This document shows, in pieces, positions 33,516 through 42,471 of a stretch of DNA of 64,000 bases. The stretch is from Spirochaetales bacterium (GTDB lineage Bacteria > Spirochaetota > Leptospiria > Leptospirales > Leptonemataceae). The translations under genes and the position numbers were made by a program. The notes under the pieces are model-generated. The model did not search any database and was not told where the DNA came from. It saw nothing but the letters and a program-made list of their open reading frames with translations. Each line of letters begins with the position of its first letter. Within the stretch, counting starts at the first letter, position 1. The stretch spans positions 216,693-280,692 of the forward strand of contig JABTUL010000003.1 of assembly GCA_015075425.1 (NCBI GenBank). Reading direction: 5' to 3'.

Positions 33516-35158
33516 CCTTCACTCGTCGGGCACTGCTCCTCCTCTGTTTTACTTTCGGGACAGCACTGGCAGAGACTGCGGAAGAGTATCCGGATGCTTA
33601 TTTAGACAAAGAAGTGCAGGAGCTACAAACTCCTGCACTGGTAAGCACAGCAGTGGGTGGGGCTACGCTCCGGCTGATCGATATTTCTCTCATCGGCGAT
33701 TTCGCGGCCGTCGGCTCGCCTCTTTCACAAAAGAAGGTCTTTAACCTCCAGGGCGGAAATCATGACCCCCGTTCTAAAGCGTTTTCCGTACCTTCGGCAG
33801 AATTGTCTCTGGGTGGAGCCGTTGACCCCTATTTTTACGGGGAAGCGCACGTCCTTTTTGGCGAAGGTTTTGTGGAGCTTGAAGAGGCCTTCCTGACCAG
33901 TCAGCGTCTACCGTATGGACTGGAGCTTGAGGCCGGTCATTTCTTAACCGAATTCGGACTGGCCAATCCTACCCATCCCCATACCTGGACCTGGCTGGAT
34001 TCGCCAGTAATCCAGACCCGCCTTTTTGGTGGTGATGGTATGCGAGCGTCCGGGCTGCGTCTGGGTTACCTGACACCACTGCCCTGGTATTCTGAGGTGA
34101 ACCTTGGCGTTCAGACCGCTGCAGGAGAGACCATGAAGAGTTTTCTTGGCGAGCAATCCAGCGGAGGGGGGCATGCCCATGCCCATGCCGGGGGAGAGCC
34201 GGCTGAAATCGGCGGGGCCGATGTGCTGGACCGGGAAACTGCATCTTCTGCGGATCTGGTTTATTTGCTGCGCCTGGTCAATTCTATTGATCTGGGACAG
34301 TCCACGGCAATCAAGCTGGGACTCTCCGGCCTGGCTGGCCCCAATCGCACCGGACCCGATGGATTTACCTCTATTTATGGCGGTGATTTGCTCGTGAAAT
34401 GGAAGCCAGCCCGCAATCGCCGGGGCTTTCCCTATGTTGCCTGGCAAACGGAAGTGATGGCCAGGGAGTACACCGTGCATCGCCGGCCAGGCATTGGTGA
34501 TATTGCCAATACCGAGGCTCTGCTTTCCGGAAGCCTGTATGGCACATACGAAAACCAGGAACAGTTTACAGATTCTGACTTTGCCGATATTCGCTCCTCA
34601 TCAATCGAGAGCAAAACCTATGGCGATTTTGGTAAGGCGCTGGATTTGTTGCGCGGCGTACGTAAGCTGGAGCAACTCAATGAACGGGAAGCTCAGGAAA
34701 CTCTTGAGGCCCTGGACCGGTCTCTCAACCCCTACCGGAAACTGCATGATCGCGGTTTTTATACTCAGCTGGCAATGGGATTTGCTGTGGGCTGGACGGC
34801 CGGACTGCGCTATGAATACGCTACAGGCCGGGGCGAAAGCCGTGTCAGCGGTGGGAAGTGGTTGGGGCAGGATATTTATGGACGCGACCGGGATCCACAG
34901 AGAGATACAAGAAGAAGGATTTCGCCTCTGGTCAGTTACCAGCCGTCGGAATTTTCGCGATTGCGGCTGCAGTACAACCATGAAGTGGCGGACCATCTTC
35001 GTGATCGCCGTACATACGTTTTCGACCTGTCCCGCCATGTGCCCGGTGCACCTTCCGTACCTTATGAGCTGGTGTGGTCGCAGAAAAGTAAGGCCAGCTG
35101 GTCAGTACTCTTCAGTGCGCAGTTCTTGATTGGCAGCCATCCGGCTCATCAATTCTAA
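33512..35158 (+). CDS. Putative outer-membrane beta-barrel protein with a His-rich loop
   Basis: 548 aa with a signal peptide (ALLLLCFTFGTALA). Alternating beta-strand-like pattern. Loop SSGGGHAHAHAGGEP at about 34160-34200. C-terminal aromatic residue (...HPAHQF). 4-nt overlap with the upstream gene. Confidence 0.6.
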   Translation: MTFTRRALLLLCFTFGTALAETAEEYPDAYLDKEVQELQTPALVSTAVGGATLRLIDISLIGDFAAVGSPLSQKKVFNLQGGNHDPRSKAFSVPSAELSLGGAVDPYFYGEAHVLFGEGFVELEEAFLTSQRLPYGLELEAGHFLTEFGLANPTHPHTWTWLDSPVIQTRLFGGDGMRASGLRLGYLTPLPWYSEVNLGVQTAAGETMKSFLGEQSSGGGHAHAHAGGEPAEIGGADVLDRETASSADLVYLLRLVNSIDLGQSTAIKLGLSGLAGPNRTGPDGFTSIYGGDLLVKWKPARNRRGFPYVAWQTEVMAREYTVHRRPGIGDIANTEALLSGSLYGTYENQEQFTDSDFADIRSSSIESKTYGDFGKALDLLRGVRKLEQLNEREAQETLEALDRSLNPYRKLHDRGFYTQLAMGFAVGWTAGLRYEYATGRGESRVSGGKWLGQDIYGRDRDPQRDTRRRISPLVSYQPSEFSRLRLQYNHEVADHLRDRRTYVFDLSRHVPGAPSVPYELVWSQKSKASWSVLFSAQFLIGSHPAHQF

Positions 35159-35181
35159 GTCCGATGTCAAGGAGATTAAAA

Positions 35182-36192
35182 ATGAATATAAAAAAATTAT
35201 TGATTATGGCTTTATTTTCCGGACCTTTGATCCTCAATGCTGCCCCGCTGAAGATTGTGGCTTCCACGCAGGATCTGGCTGATCTGGCACAACAGGTGGG
35301 AGGATCTGCCGTCGTTGTTCAGGCGATTACCCGGCCAGGTGAGGATCCGCATTTTGTGGATGCCCGGCCCTCCTACATCAAGCTTTTGCAGAATGCCGAT
35401 CTTTTCATTTTGGCCGGAATGGACCTGGAAGTGGGCTGGGCTCCCGTGCTCATCCGCAGTTCGCGCAACCCGGTCATTGCGGCTGGAGAGCGGGGCTATT
35501 TTGATGCCTCAAAAGTCATTGTACCGATTGTGCAGAAAAGCGGGGAGATTTCTCGCGCCATGGGGGACGTGCATCCGCGGGGCAACCCGCACTACATGCT
35601 GGATCCGGCTGCAGCCATTCTTGCGGGCAACGCCCTGCGCACCCGCCTTCTGGAACTGGGAGCCAGCAAGAGTGCCGTGGATGCGTCCTGGTCTGCTTTT
35701 CTAACGAGACTCGGGGGCATGCTCTTTGGTTCCGGTCATAGCAGTAGCGAAATCCTTGAGCTGGCAGGGATTGTCCATGCCGGCGGATTTAAGGGCTATG
35801 AGGCGCATCTGAACAGGAAAGGCAAGTCCAAAAGCGGCTGGCTGGCCCGCTTTGCCGCTCTGCCACGCAAGGCCTTTGCCGTGGAGCACGAACAATGGGA
35901 TTATTTTGCCCGCACGTTTGGGTTGAGTCAGGCGGCCTCTCTGGAGCCGCTGCCCGGAATCAGCCCGACCACAAAACACCTGGGTGAAGTCGTTGTCCGT
36001 ATCAAGCAGCAAAATATTCCTGTTATTGTGAATGTTCCCTACTACAATCGGAAGTATGCGGATCTGGTGGCTGCCCGGACCGGTGTGCGGGTCCTTGAAC
36101 TGGCGCATTCTGTGGGGGCCCGCCAGGGAACGGAGAATCTTTATTCTTTTTATGAATTTAATGTAAGCAGGATGTTTGAGGCATTAAAGTAA
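35182..36192 (+). CDS. znuA: Zinc/metal ABC transporter substrate-binding protein (TroA/ZnuA family)
   Basis: LKIVASTQDLADLAQQVGG...GEDPHFVDARPS...GDVHPRGNPHYMLDP...EHEQWDYFAR. I preferred the ATG at 35182 because of AAGGAG 8 nt upstream. The track start is 35164. Confidence 0.85.
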   Translation: MNIKKLLIMALFSGPLILNAAPLKIVASTQDLADLAQQVGGSAVVVQAITRPGEDPHFVDARPSYIKLLQNADLFILAGMDLEVGWAPVLIRSSRNPVIAAGERGYFDASKVIVPIVQKSGEISRAMGDVHPRGNPHYMLDPAAAILAGNALRTRLLELGASKSAVDASWSAFLTRLGGMLFGSGHSSSEILELAGIVHAGGFKGYEAHLNRKGKSKSGWLARFAALPRKAFAVEHEQWDYFARTFGLSQAASLEPLPGISPTTKHLGEVVVRIKQQNIPVIVNVPYYNRKYADLVAARTGVRVLELAHSVGARQGTENLYSFYEFNVSRMFEALK

Positions 36193-36830
36193 TGTTACTG
36201 CGGGCCCGGGACCTGTCCTTAGAACGGGCCGGCAAAACGATTCTCCGGGATCTTTCTTTCCAGATCGAGCCGGGGGAGATCTGGACCATCATGGGCCCCA
36301 ATGGTTCGGGGAAAACATCGCTCTTGCATGCTATCCTTGGCCTTCTGCCCTATCAGGGAACGCTTGAGCTTGATTGTCCCGCTCACGGTGTGGGTTTTGT
36401 CCCCCAGCACTCCGGTCTATCTTTGCAGTTGCCGGCACTGGTACGGGAGTTTTTGCTGCTGGGCTTTGAACCCGGTGAGGACCTGGACTGGTCGGCGAGC
36501 AGGGCTCTGGAATATGCGGCTCTGCATACCGGGCTCGGGCCTTTGCTTGGCCGCTCGATCCATCGGCTTTCCGGTGGAGAAAAGCAGCGAATGCTTCTGG
36601 CTCGTGCCCTCATCAACAGACCGCGGTTTTTGATTCTGGATGAACCCACCAATGAGATCGATAGCGCTTCACAGGACCGGTTCATCAAAACTCTTTTGCA
36701 TCTGAATCGTTCTCACAATGCAACCATGCTGATCGTCACCCACGATAGAAACCTTGCCGATCAAGTTGCCATCCGACGGGGATTTCTGGATGGCGGTCAG
36801 TTGATTGTGGACGGAGGCCCGGAGGCGTGA
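36192..36830 (+). CDS. znuC: Zinc/metal ABC transporter ATP-binding protein
   Basis: Walker A GPNGSGKTS, signature LSGGEKQR, Walker B FLILDEPT. Confidence 0.85.
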   Translation: MLLRARDLSLERAGKTILRDLSFQIEPGEIWTIMGPNGSGKTSLLHAILGLLPYQGTLELDCPAHGVGFVPQHSGLSLQLPALVREFLLLGFEPGEDLDWSASRALEYAALHTGLGPLLGRSIHRLSGGEKQRMLLARALINRPRFLILDEPTNEIDSASQDRFIKTLLHLNRSHNATMLIVTHDRNLADQVAIRRGFLDGGQLIVDGGPEA

Positions 36831-37669
36831 TTTCTGATTTCTTAAGTTCTTTTGATTTGTTTTTATTTACTTATTTGTCTGGCTGGATTCTTGCTCTGCT
36901 GCTGTCGGTTGCCGGAATCGTTGTCGTCGGACGCAGTCAGATTTTCATGAGTTTGGCTCTGGGGCAGAGTTCAGCAGCGGGCATTACTCTGGTCCTTTTC
37001 TTAAACGAATGGCTGGGTCCTCTTCACCTGCATGCCTGGACCGATCTGATTGCTGTTGGTGCGGCAACCTTGGCTGTTGTGCTTATGGCGCCGCGGGGGC
37101 GGGAAAGTACGCGGGGCACAGATACCGGGTCCGCGTTTTTGTTTATCGCGGCAGGCAGCGTTACTTTGCTTCTTGCGCGCTATGTTTCCCATGGGATGGA
37201 AGAAGTCCAGAAACTCATGATCTCTACCCTGCTGGCCAGCAATCTCTACGATTTACTGGTCTACACTGCGGCCTTTGCCTCGATTCTCCTGTTTTTTTCT
37301 CTGTCAGGCCGCCGGATTTTTTTGATCCTCTTTGATGAAACAGCGGCCCGCGCTCAGGGGTTGCCCGTGGACCGCTACTATCTGGTCCTGCATCTTATTG
37401 TGGGGCTTTGTATAGGATTGGCTATCAGTAAAGCGGGGCTTCTTTTTACTTTTGCCTGTCTGGTCCTGCCGGCTTTCATTGCCCGTAACCTTTTTCTTTC
37501 TCTGGTTGCCTTTTGCCTGGCTCTGCCATTCATTGCCACTTTTGCCATCTGGCCCGGTTTTTTTCTGGCTCATAGCTTTGACCATGCTCCGGGCCAGATG
37601 ATCGCCTTTGTTCTATCTGTATTTTTTGTGTTCTCTACTCTTGTCCGTCGTTTTATTCAACGGGCCTGA
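36827..37669 (+). CDS. znuB: Zinc/metal ABC transporter permease (ABC-3 family)
   Basis: 280 aa with about 8 TM helices. GTG start overlapping the znuC stop. ABC-3-like segment FDETAARAQGLPVDRYYLVLHLIVGL. Confidence 0.8.
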   Translation: MISDFLSSFDLFLFTYLSGWILALLLSVAGIVVVGRSQIFMSLALGQSSAAGITLVLFLNEWLGPLHLHAWTDLIAVGAATLAVVLMAPRGRESTRGTDTGSAFLFIAAGSVTLLLARYVSHGMEEVQKLMISTLLASNLYDLLVYTAAFASILLFFSLSGRRIFLILFDETAARAQGLPVDRYYLVLHLIVGLCIGLAISKAGLLFTFACLVLPAFIARNLFLSLVAFCLALPFIATFAIWPGFFLAHSFDHAPGQMIAFVLSVFFVFSTLVRRFIQRA

Positions 37670-38657
37670 GAAGTCCGGCCTCTTCTTCAAAGTCCAGCAT
37701 GAGGTTGAGATTCTGCAGGGCCTGACCGGCTGCTCCTTTGAGTAGATTATCAATGGCGGAAACGATTGTGGTAGTATTGCCCTGGCTCCGGCAGGAAAGA
37801 TCAAGGTAGTTAGAATTCTGAACTTTTTTGAGTTCAATTTCTTCTGGAGTTTCCCGGTAGCGCACAAAAACTTCTGCCAGGGCAGCTTGTTGCAACAGTG
37901 CAGGCACGTCGGGGGCCTTTTCTTTCCAGATTAGGTAAATGGTGGAAAGGATGCCGCGGTAGAGAGGCAGGAGGTGGGGCACAAATACGACGGGTAAAGG
38001 GCTCTGGCTGTGAAGCTGAATTTCCGGATTGTGCTGGTGACGCAGCACTTTGTAGGCCCGAAAATTTTCATAAACATTCTGATAGGCAAAGCCAGCATCC
38101 TCTGTTCGCCCGCCAGCGCCGGACACCCCGGATTTGGCATCCACAACAACGGCCAGAGCCTCGCCGAGGAACGGAGCCAGGCGGTGCAGAATGAAAACGC
38201 AGCCGGTAGGAAAGCAGCCCGGATTGGCTACAAGGCGGGCTTTGCGGATCCGGTCGCGCTGGATTTCCGGGAGGCCATAGACAGCTTCCTTCAGGGCCTC
38301 CGGGGCCGGGTGTTCTTTTCCATAGGTTCGTAAAAAGAGGTCCGGCTCCAGTCGGAAGGCACCGGAAAGATCGACGATGCGATGACCCCTGGAGAGAAGC
38401 TCTGGTACAGCCTGAAGAGCCACGTCATCAGGCGTGGCCAGAAGAACCGGACAGCCCTGTGGTAGGTCAAGCGTATGTTTTTGGAAAGCAAGGCTACAAA
38501 TTCCATCGAGTTCGGGATAGACTCGAGCAACACGCTCCCCGGCGTATTTGTCTGAGGTCAGCACGGCCGCTTCCAGGTGTGGATGCCTGCTGAAAAGCAG
38601 GATGAGTTCGCGGCCGGTGAGGCCGGCCGCGCCAAGAATTGCTACTGGTTGCTTCAC
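37653..38657 (-). CDS. argC: N-acetyl-gamma-glutamyl-phosphate reductase
   Basis: VAILGAAGLTGRELI (NAD-binding), VANPGCFPTG (catalytic Cys), DAKSGVSGAG. GTG start. The 3' end overlaps convergent znuB by 17 nt. Confidence 0.9.
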   Translation of the reverse strand: MKQPVAILGAAGLTGRELILLFSRHPHLEAAVLTSDKYAGERVARVYPELDGICSLAFQKHTLDLPQGCPVLLATPDDVALQAVPELLSRGHRIVDLSGAFRLEPDLFLRTYGKEHPAPEALKEAVYGLPEIQRDRIRKARLVANPGCFPTGCVFILHRLAPFLGEALAVVVDAKSGVSGAGGRTEDAGFAYQNVYENFRAYKVLRHQHNPEIQLHSQSPLPVVFVPHLLPLYRGILSTIYLIWKEKAPDVPALLQQAALAEVFVRYRETPEEIELKKVQNSNYLDLSCRSQGNTTTIVSAIDNLLKGAAGQALQNLNLMLDFEEEAGLLRPVE

Positions 38658-38672
38658 AGAAGCAACGCCTGG

Positions 38673-39818
38673 TCAGAGGGCCTGTGAGTCTATAATTTCG
38701 CCGGTTTCGTAATCCACGACGGTTGATTCTGTCTGTGCCGTCTCACTTTTAACCGGTTTCATTTTTTCTGCATGCAGTTGGCGCAATCGGGTTTCGATTT
38801 CCAGGGCAAGCTCCTGATTTTCCACAAGGTGGTTGCGGGCATTGTCCCGTCCCTGGCCTATCCGATTTCCCTGGTAGCTGTACCAGGTGCCGCTGCGTTC
38901 AATGATTTCCATGGCCAGGCCCATATCAAGTATACACCCTTCACGACTTATACCGGAATCAAAGAGGATATCGAACTCGGCCTGACGGAATGGCGGCGCA
39001 ACCTTATTCTTAACAACTTTGACCCGCACGCGGTTGCCTACGGCTTCTTCATTTTTCTTTATGGTCTCAATGCGGCGGATGTCCAGCCGAACGGATGCAT
39101 AGAATTTGAGAGCGTTGCCCCCTGTTGTGGTTTCCGGAGACCCGAACATCACGCCGATTTTATGGCGGATTTGATTGATGAAGATCACCGTGGTATTGGT
39201 CTTGGAGATGGTGCCGGTTAACTTCCGCAGGGCCTGGCTCATGAGTCTGGCATGCAAGCCCATCTGTGCATCGCCCATGTTGCCATCAAGCTCAGCCCGG
39301 GGGACAAGAGCGGCTACAGAATCCACAACGATGATGTCCATGGCATTGGAACGCACCAGCGCCTCTGTGATTTCCAGAGCCTCTTCACCGTTGTCCGGCT
39401 GTGAAACCAGGAGGTCGTCGATATTCACGCCTATCTTTTGCGCGAAAGAGGGATTGAGGGCATGTTCTGCATCTACAAAGGCAGCGATGCCTCCCGCCTT
39501 CTGAGCACTGGCCACCGCAGACAGGCAGAGAGTTGTTTTTCCGGAAGATTCCGGACCGTAGATCTCAATGATGCGGCCGCGTGGCAGGCCACCCAGACCC
39601 AGAGCAAAATCCAGATCCAGAGCGCCGGTGGGGATAAATCCTGTATGCTGGGCAATGCTTTCATCGCCGAGTTTCATGATGCTGCCTTTGCCAAATTGTT
39701 TTTCAATCTGGGAAATGGCATTTCCGACAGCCTGTCGTTTTTCTGAGGCGCTTTCCTGAGCTTTTTCCGCCCGTGCTGCGCTCAGGTCTTTGGCCTGGGT
39801 TTTTTTGGCTTTAGCCAT
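38673..39818 (-). CDS. recA: Recombinase RecA
   Basis: [34 protein letters not shown] (Walker A), [66 protein letters not shown]. Confidence 0.97.
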   Translation of the reverse strand: MAKAKKTQAKDLSAARAEKAQESASEKRQAVGNAISQIEKQFGKGSIMKLGDESIAQHTGFIPTGALDLDFALGLGGLPRGRIIEIYGPESSGKTTLCLSAVASAQKAGGIAAFVDAEHALNPSFAQKIGVNIDDLLVSQPDNGEEALEITEALVRSNAMDIIVVDSVAALVPRAELDGNMGDAQMGLHARLMSQALRKLTGTISKTNTTVIFINQIRHKIGVMFGSPETTTGGNALKFYASVRLDIRRIETIKKNEEAVGNRVRVKVVKNKVAPPFRQAEFDILFDSGISREGCILDMGLAMEIIERSGTWYSYQGNRIGQGRDNARNHLVENQELALEIETRLRQLHAEKMKPVKSETAQTESTVVDYETGEIIDSQAL

Positions 39819-39892
39819 GAGGATCTCCTGGGGTCATTGTTTTGGGAGCAAGCTCCGACCCGCTTGCAGCCAGTTTAGCAGACCCGTGTGAC

Positions 39893-39920
39893 ATAATGAG
39901 AACACCTACTCAAATGTCAA
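39893..39920 (-). promoter_or_regulatory. Sigma70-type promoter candidate for recA
   Basis: On the minus strand: TTGACA (39920-39915), 16-nt spacer, CATTAT (39898-39893), about 75 nt upstream of the recA ATG. No SOS box recognised. Confidence 0.4.
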
Positions 39921-40017
39921 GGTAAAGCATGGGATTTTTCCTGGCCTGACGTGGCCGGGGCAGCAATTTTGGGTGAGTGGAGACTTTAGCAGCCCAACCT
40001 TTCTCTCGACGAATTAG

Positions 40018-40467
40018 CCTCCGGACCGGGTTTCCAGCGACTTTCACACACCAGTTCTGAAGAAATACCTCCCGGTGAAAAGTAATCCTGACATTTTTCA
40101 GTCCGATGATGCCGTACCCAGCGATGCGGTGATGGCTCTCTTCCCCGGAGGTGCCGGTGATGCTATCCGCGCTGCCATTGGCATGCAAGAAAGTTTGGCG
40201 GAGCTGAATCGTGAGCGTTCCCTGGAGCGTCTTTCTCCACTACGAATCGGATTCGGTATTCATCAGTTCAAGCATCGGATTTTAGATCGAGTCCGACTTG
40301 CTCGAAAAAGTTCAGCTACGACAGTTTGTGAAATCATGGATGGATTGCCGTCTGAAGAGCTGGCTCAAAAGCTGCGTAACGTTGAGCTCTTCGAATCAAG
40401 TTTGCACCATGGCTGCTGCCACCCGGCTATGTTCACGAAACGCAGCGCCCGGTTGAAGGATCAGTAA
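40018..40467 (+). pseudogene. Relic of a class III adenylate/guanylate cyclase domain
   Basis: The open frame from 40018 reads ...VLKKYLPVKSNPDIFQSDDAVPSDAVMALFPGGAGDAIRAAIGMQESLAELNRERSLERLSPLRIGFGIH. This matches the central cyclase core (GDAvMAlF ... lrIGiGIH). The first metal-binding block and everything after IGIH are missing. Confidence 0.5.
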
Positions 40468-40946
40468 CTGCCCACATTGACAACCCTGGGAGCGCCTGAA
40501 GCCGGGGCGATGATCGTGACCGGTGCCGGCATACCCTTTGCCGGGTCGTTCTTCGCGATCCAGACGGTGTAACGATCGCCAGCGATTCGCTGTGCCCCAT
40601 AGCCGTCACCGTTCGAGACCGTTTTATTCACACGCGTAATTTTCACAGGATAGGCGTAGTGTTTAAAATTATTGAAATCTTTCTTTAATCCGAACTGTTT
40701 TGTATTGCTGCTGATGCTGCCCGATTCGGTGACAAGCGAACCGCCAGCAATGTCCCCAAAGGCCAGGGTCGCCTCGTCGAGAGTTTTGCTTTCTTTCAAT
40801 ATTTTTGCATAGGTTTCCACGACGGCTTTGACCGCTGCAGGAAGGCTTGCAATCGGAATGTCATCTTGTTTGCTCCAGCCATTCACTTCCGTGACCAGCA
40901 TAAGCATGCTGCAGAATACAAGGGTAGCTGTCGTGGCTTTTCGCAT
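40461..40946 (-). CDS. Hypothetical secreted protein
   Basis: 161 aa. Signal peptide MRKATTATLVFCSMLMLVTEVNG. No family recognised. Confidence 0.55.
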   Translation of the reverse strand: MRKATTATLVFCSMLMLVTEVNGWSKQDDIPIASLPAAVKAVVETYAKILKESKTLDEATLAFGDIAGGSLVTESGSISSNTKQFGLKKDFNNFKHYAYPVKITRVNKTVSNGDGYGAQRIAGDRYTVWIAKNDPAKGMPAPVTIIAPASGAPRVVNVGSY

Positions 40947-41196
40947 GCTAACGGGATTCCTTGTTCGGGCAAGCTGTCAAGAACTATAGACTCCTTTTTC
41001 CCTTGACTGTTGGTTCACATCAGGACACATATCGGCGTATGAAGGCTACGCGGGAGAGCTTGATTTCAGAACTCCCGATAACGCCATCGCCCTTGACTCA
41101 TTGGATTGCCACGGGCAAGCTGGGGCGCACGACGCAGCGAGCAGGATTTTCCCTTTGCACGAAGCAATATAGCTGATACATGAGCTGCACAGAATG

Positions 41197-42360
41197 TTAG
41201 TGGCCGGCAATTGCCATCCGAGCCCTCAGGATCGGGAGCATGAACTCCGCGTATTTTCGATGCCCCTCATTGTTAAAGTGGCCATCGGTTTTAGCGGAGG
41301 TGTAATCGGAGGTTGAAAGGAGCGATTCATCGGGGAAGAGCGGATTCAGCTCCGAAAACACATAGAGGTTGTCTGAAATCCGGTTTTCCGGCGTTCGCGA
41401 ATCCGGGTGCTCGGGGATAAGAAAAAGAAGGAAGTGCGAGCCGTGATGCTCCGCAACCTGCTTGATTCTCAATAGTGTTTCGCGATCCTGGCGCTCTCGT
41501 AGTAGCAACATGGCATTGTGATCGGCCGACTGTTGGGCGGTCGGTCCGCAACGTTGCTTCAATATGCCCGCGCTCACCCAGAGCATCTTCCCCAGGGCAG
41601 TCGAGCTAACGGCCCTTCGGATCAGCCCTTTCGCCGAACCGTCTTTTGTTTCACAAAGGTCAAGGAACTGCTTCGGGTAGATTTGTTCGAAGGATTCCTG
41701 CGCGGTGATTGGGCGACCATTGCCATCAAAACCGGGCAGCCAGCCAGCATTCGTTATGTGCCATAGATCGCGATGCGGAATCATCATCTGCGGATCACGC
41801 CGCAGGTCGTTGCCCATGAAGAACATGACGGCCGTGACCTTTGGCTTGAGGAGAGGCACGTATTTTTCCGCTAGGCGGGCGTACTGCGCTGGAAAAACAC
41901 CGGGAATTCCAGTATTGTAGACAGCAAATCCAGCCTTCTCCAGGAGTGCCGCGAATGATTTTCCGGTTTCCGCGGAGGCTCCCCAGGCAAAGGAGTCTCC
42001 CAGCATCAGAATTGTCGGGAGGTTCGGCTGCGGGATGAACTCTCTGCTGCGAAATCCTGCCTGATTTACATCGGGGTCAACCTGGCCGTTTGGCGGGTTC
42101 CTGTTGATTTTGAAGATTCCTTCGCCATCTGTTATCATTTCGCGGCTTACGATCAGTTTTTCCACCTTCGGAGTTCCGCGCGTATACTTAGCGTAGATGC
42201 ATGGTGCCTCGCCCATTAACCTGAGAACAACTTCTACGACGCACAGAATCAGCCCGCATGTCACCGTTATGAAGAGTACAAGCGTCCAGAAGGGATTCCT
42301 TTCAAAGGTCCTGTCTTTCATGGCGGTCGTTAGGGAAACTGCCGGATAAGCCGCTGTCAA
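41197..42360 (-). CDS. Membrane-anchored SGNH/GDSL-type hydrolase or acyltransferase
   Basis: N-terminal TM helix (FWTLVLFITVTCGLILCVVEVVL). ILMLGDSFAWG is SGNH block I. C-terminal DGHFNNEGH resembles block V (DxxH). Confidence 0.7.
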   Translation of the reverse strand: MTAAYPAVSLTTAMKDRTFERNPFWTLVLFITVTCGLILCVVEVVLRLMGEAPCIYAKYTRGTPKVEKLIVSREMITDGEGIFKINRNPPNGQVDPDVNQAGFRSREFIPQPNLPTILMLGDSFAWGASAETGKSFAALLEKAGFAVYNTGIPGVFPAQYARLAEKYVPLLKPKVTAVMFFMGNDLRRDPQMMIPHRDLWHITNAGWLPGFDGNGRPITAQESFEQIYPKQFLDLCETKDGSAKGLIRRAVSSTALGKMLWVSAGILKQRCGPTAQQSADHNAMLLLRERQDRETLLRIKQVAEHHGSHFLLFLIPEHPDSRTPENRISDNLYVFSELNPLFPDESLLSTSDYTSAKTDGHFNNEGHRKYAEFMLPILRARMAIAGH

Positions 42361-42471
42361 GTCTTGTGCGCTTTCCGAACTGCTTTTCCGGAGCGCAAAC
42401 TAATCTGATCATTGAAAACCGCCGAAAGGTTCTTGCCCCTATTTCCCCGGTTCAGAGCGCTTGACACTAAC

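Noticed and set aside
39910-40188. 92-aa minus-strand ORF upstream of recA (possible small gene or recX-like)
   Set aside because: No similarity to RecX or any family. It overlaps the recA promoter region and the cyclase relic on the other strand.
40961-41176. 71-aa plus-strand ORF in the 250-bp spacer
   Set aside because: No RBS and no motifs. Flanked by minus-strand genes, so probably non-coding.
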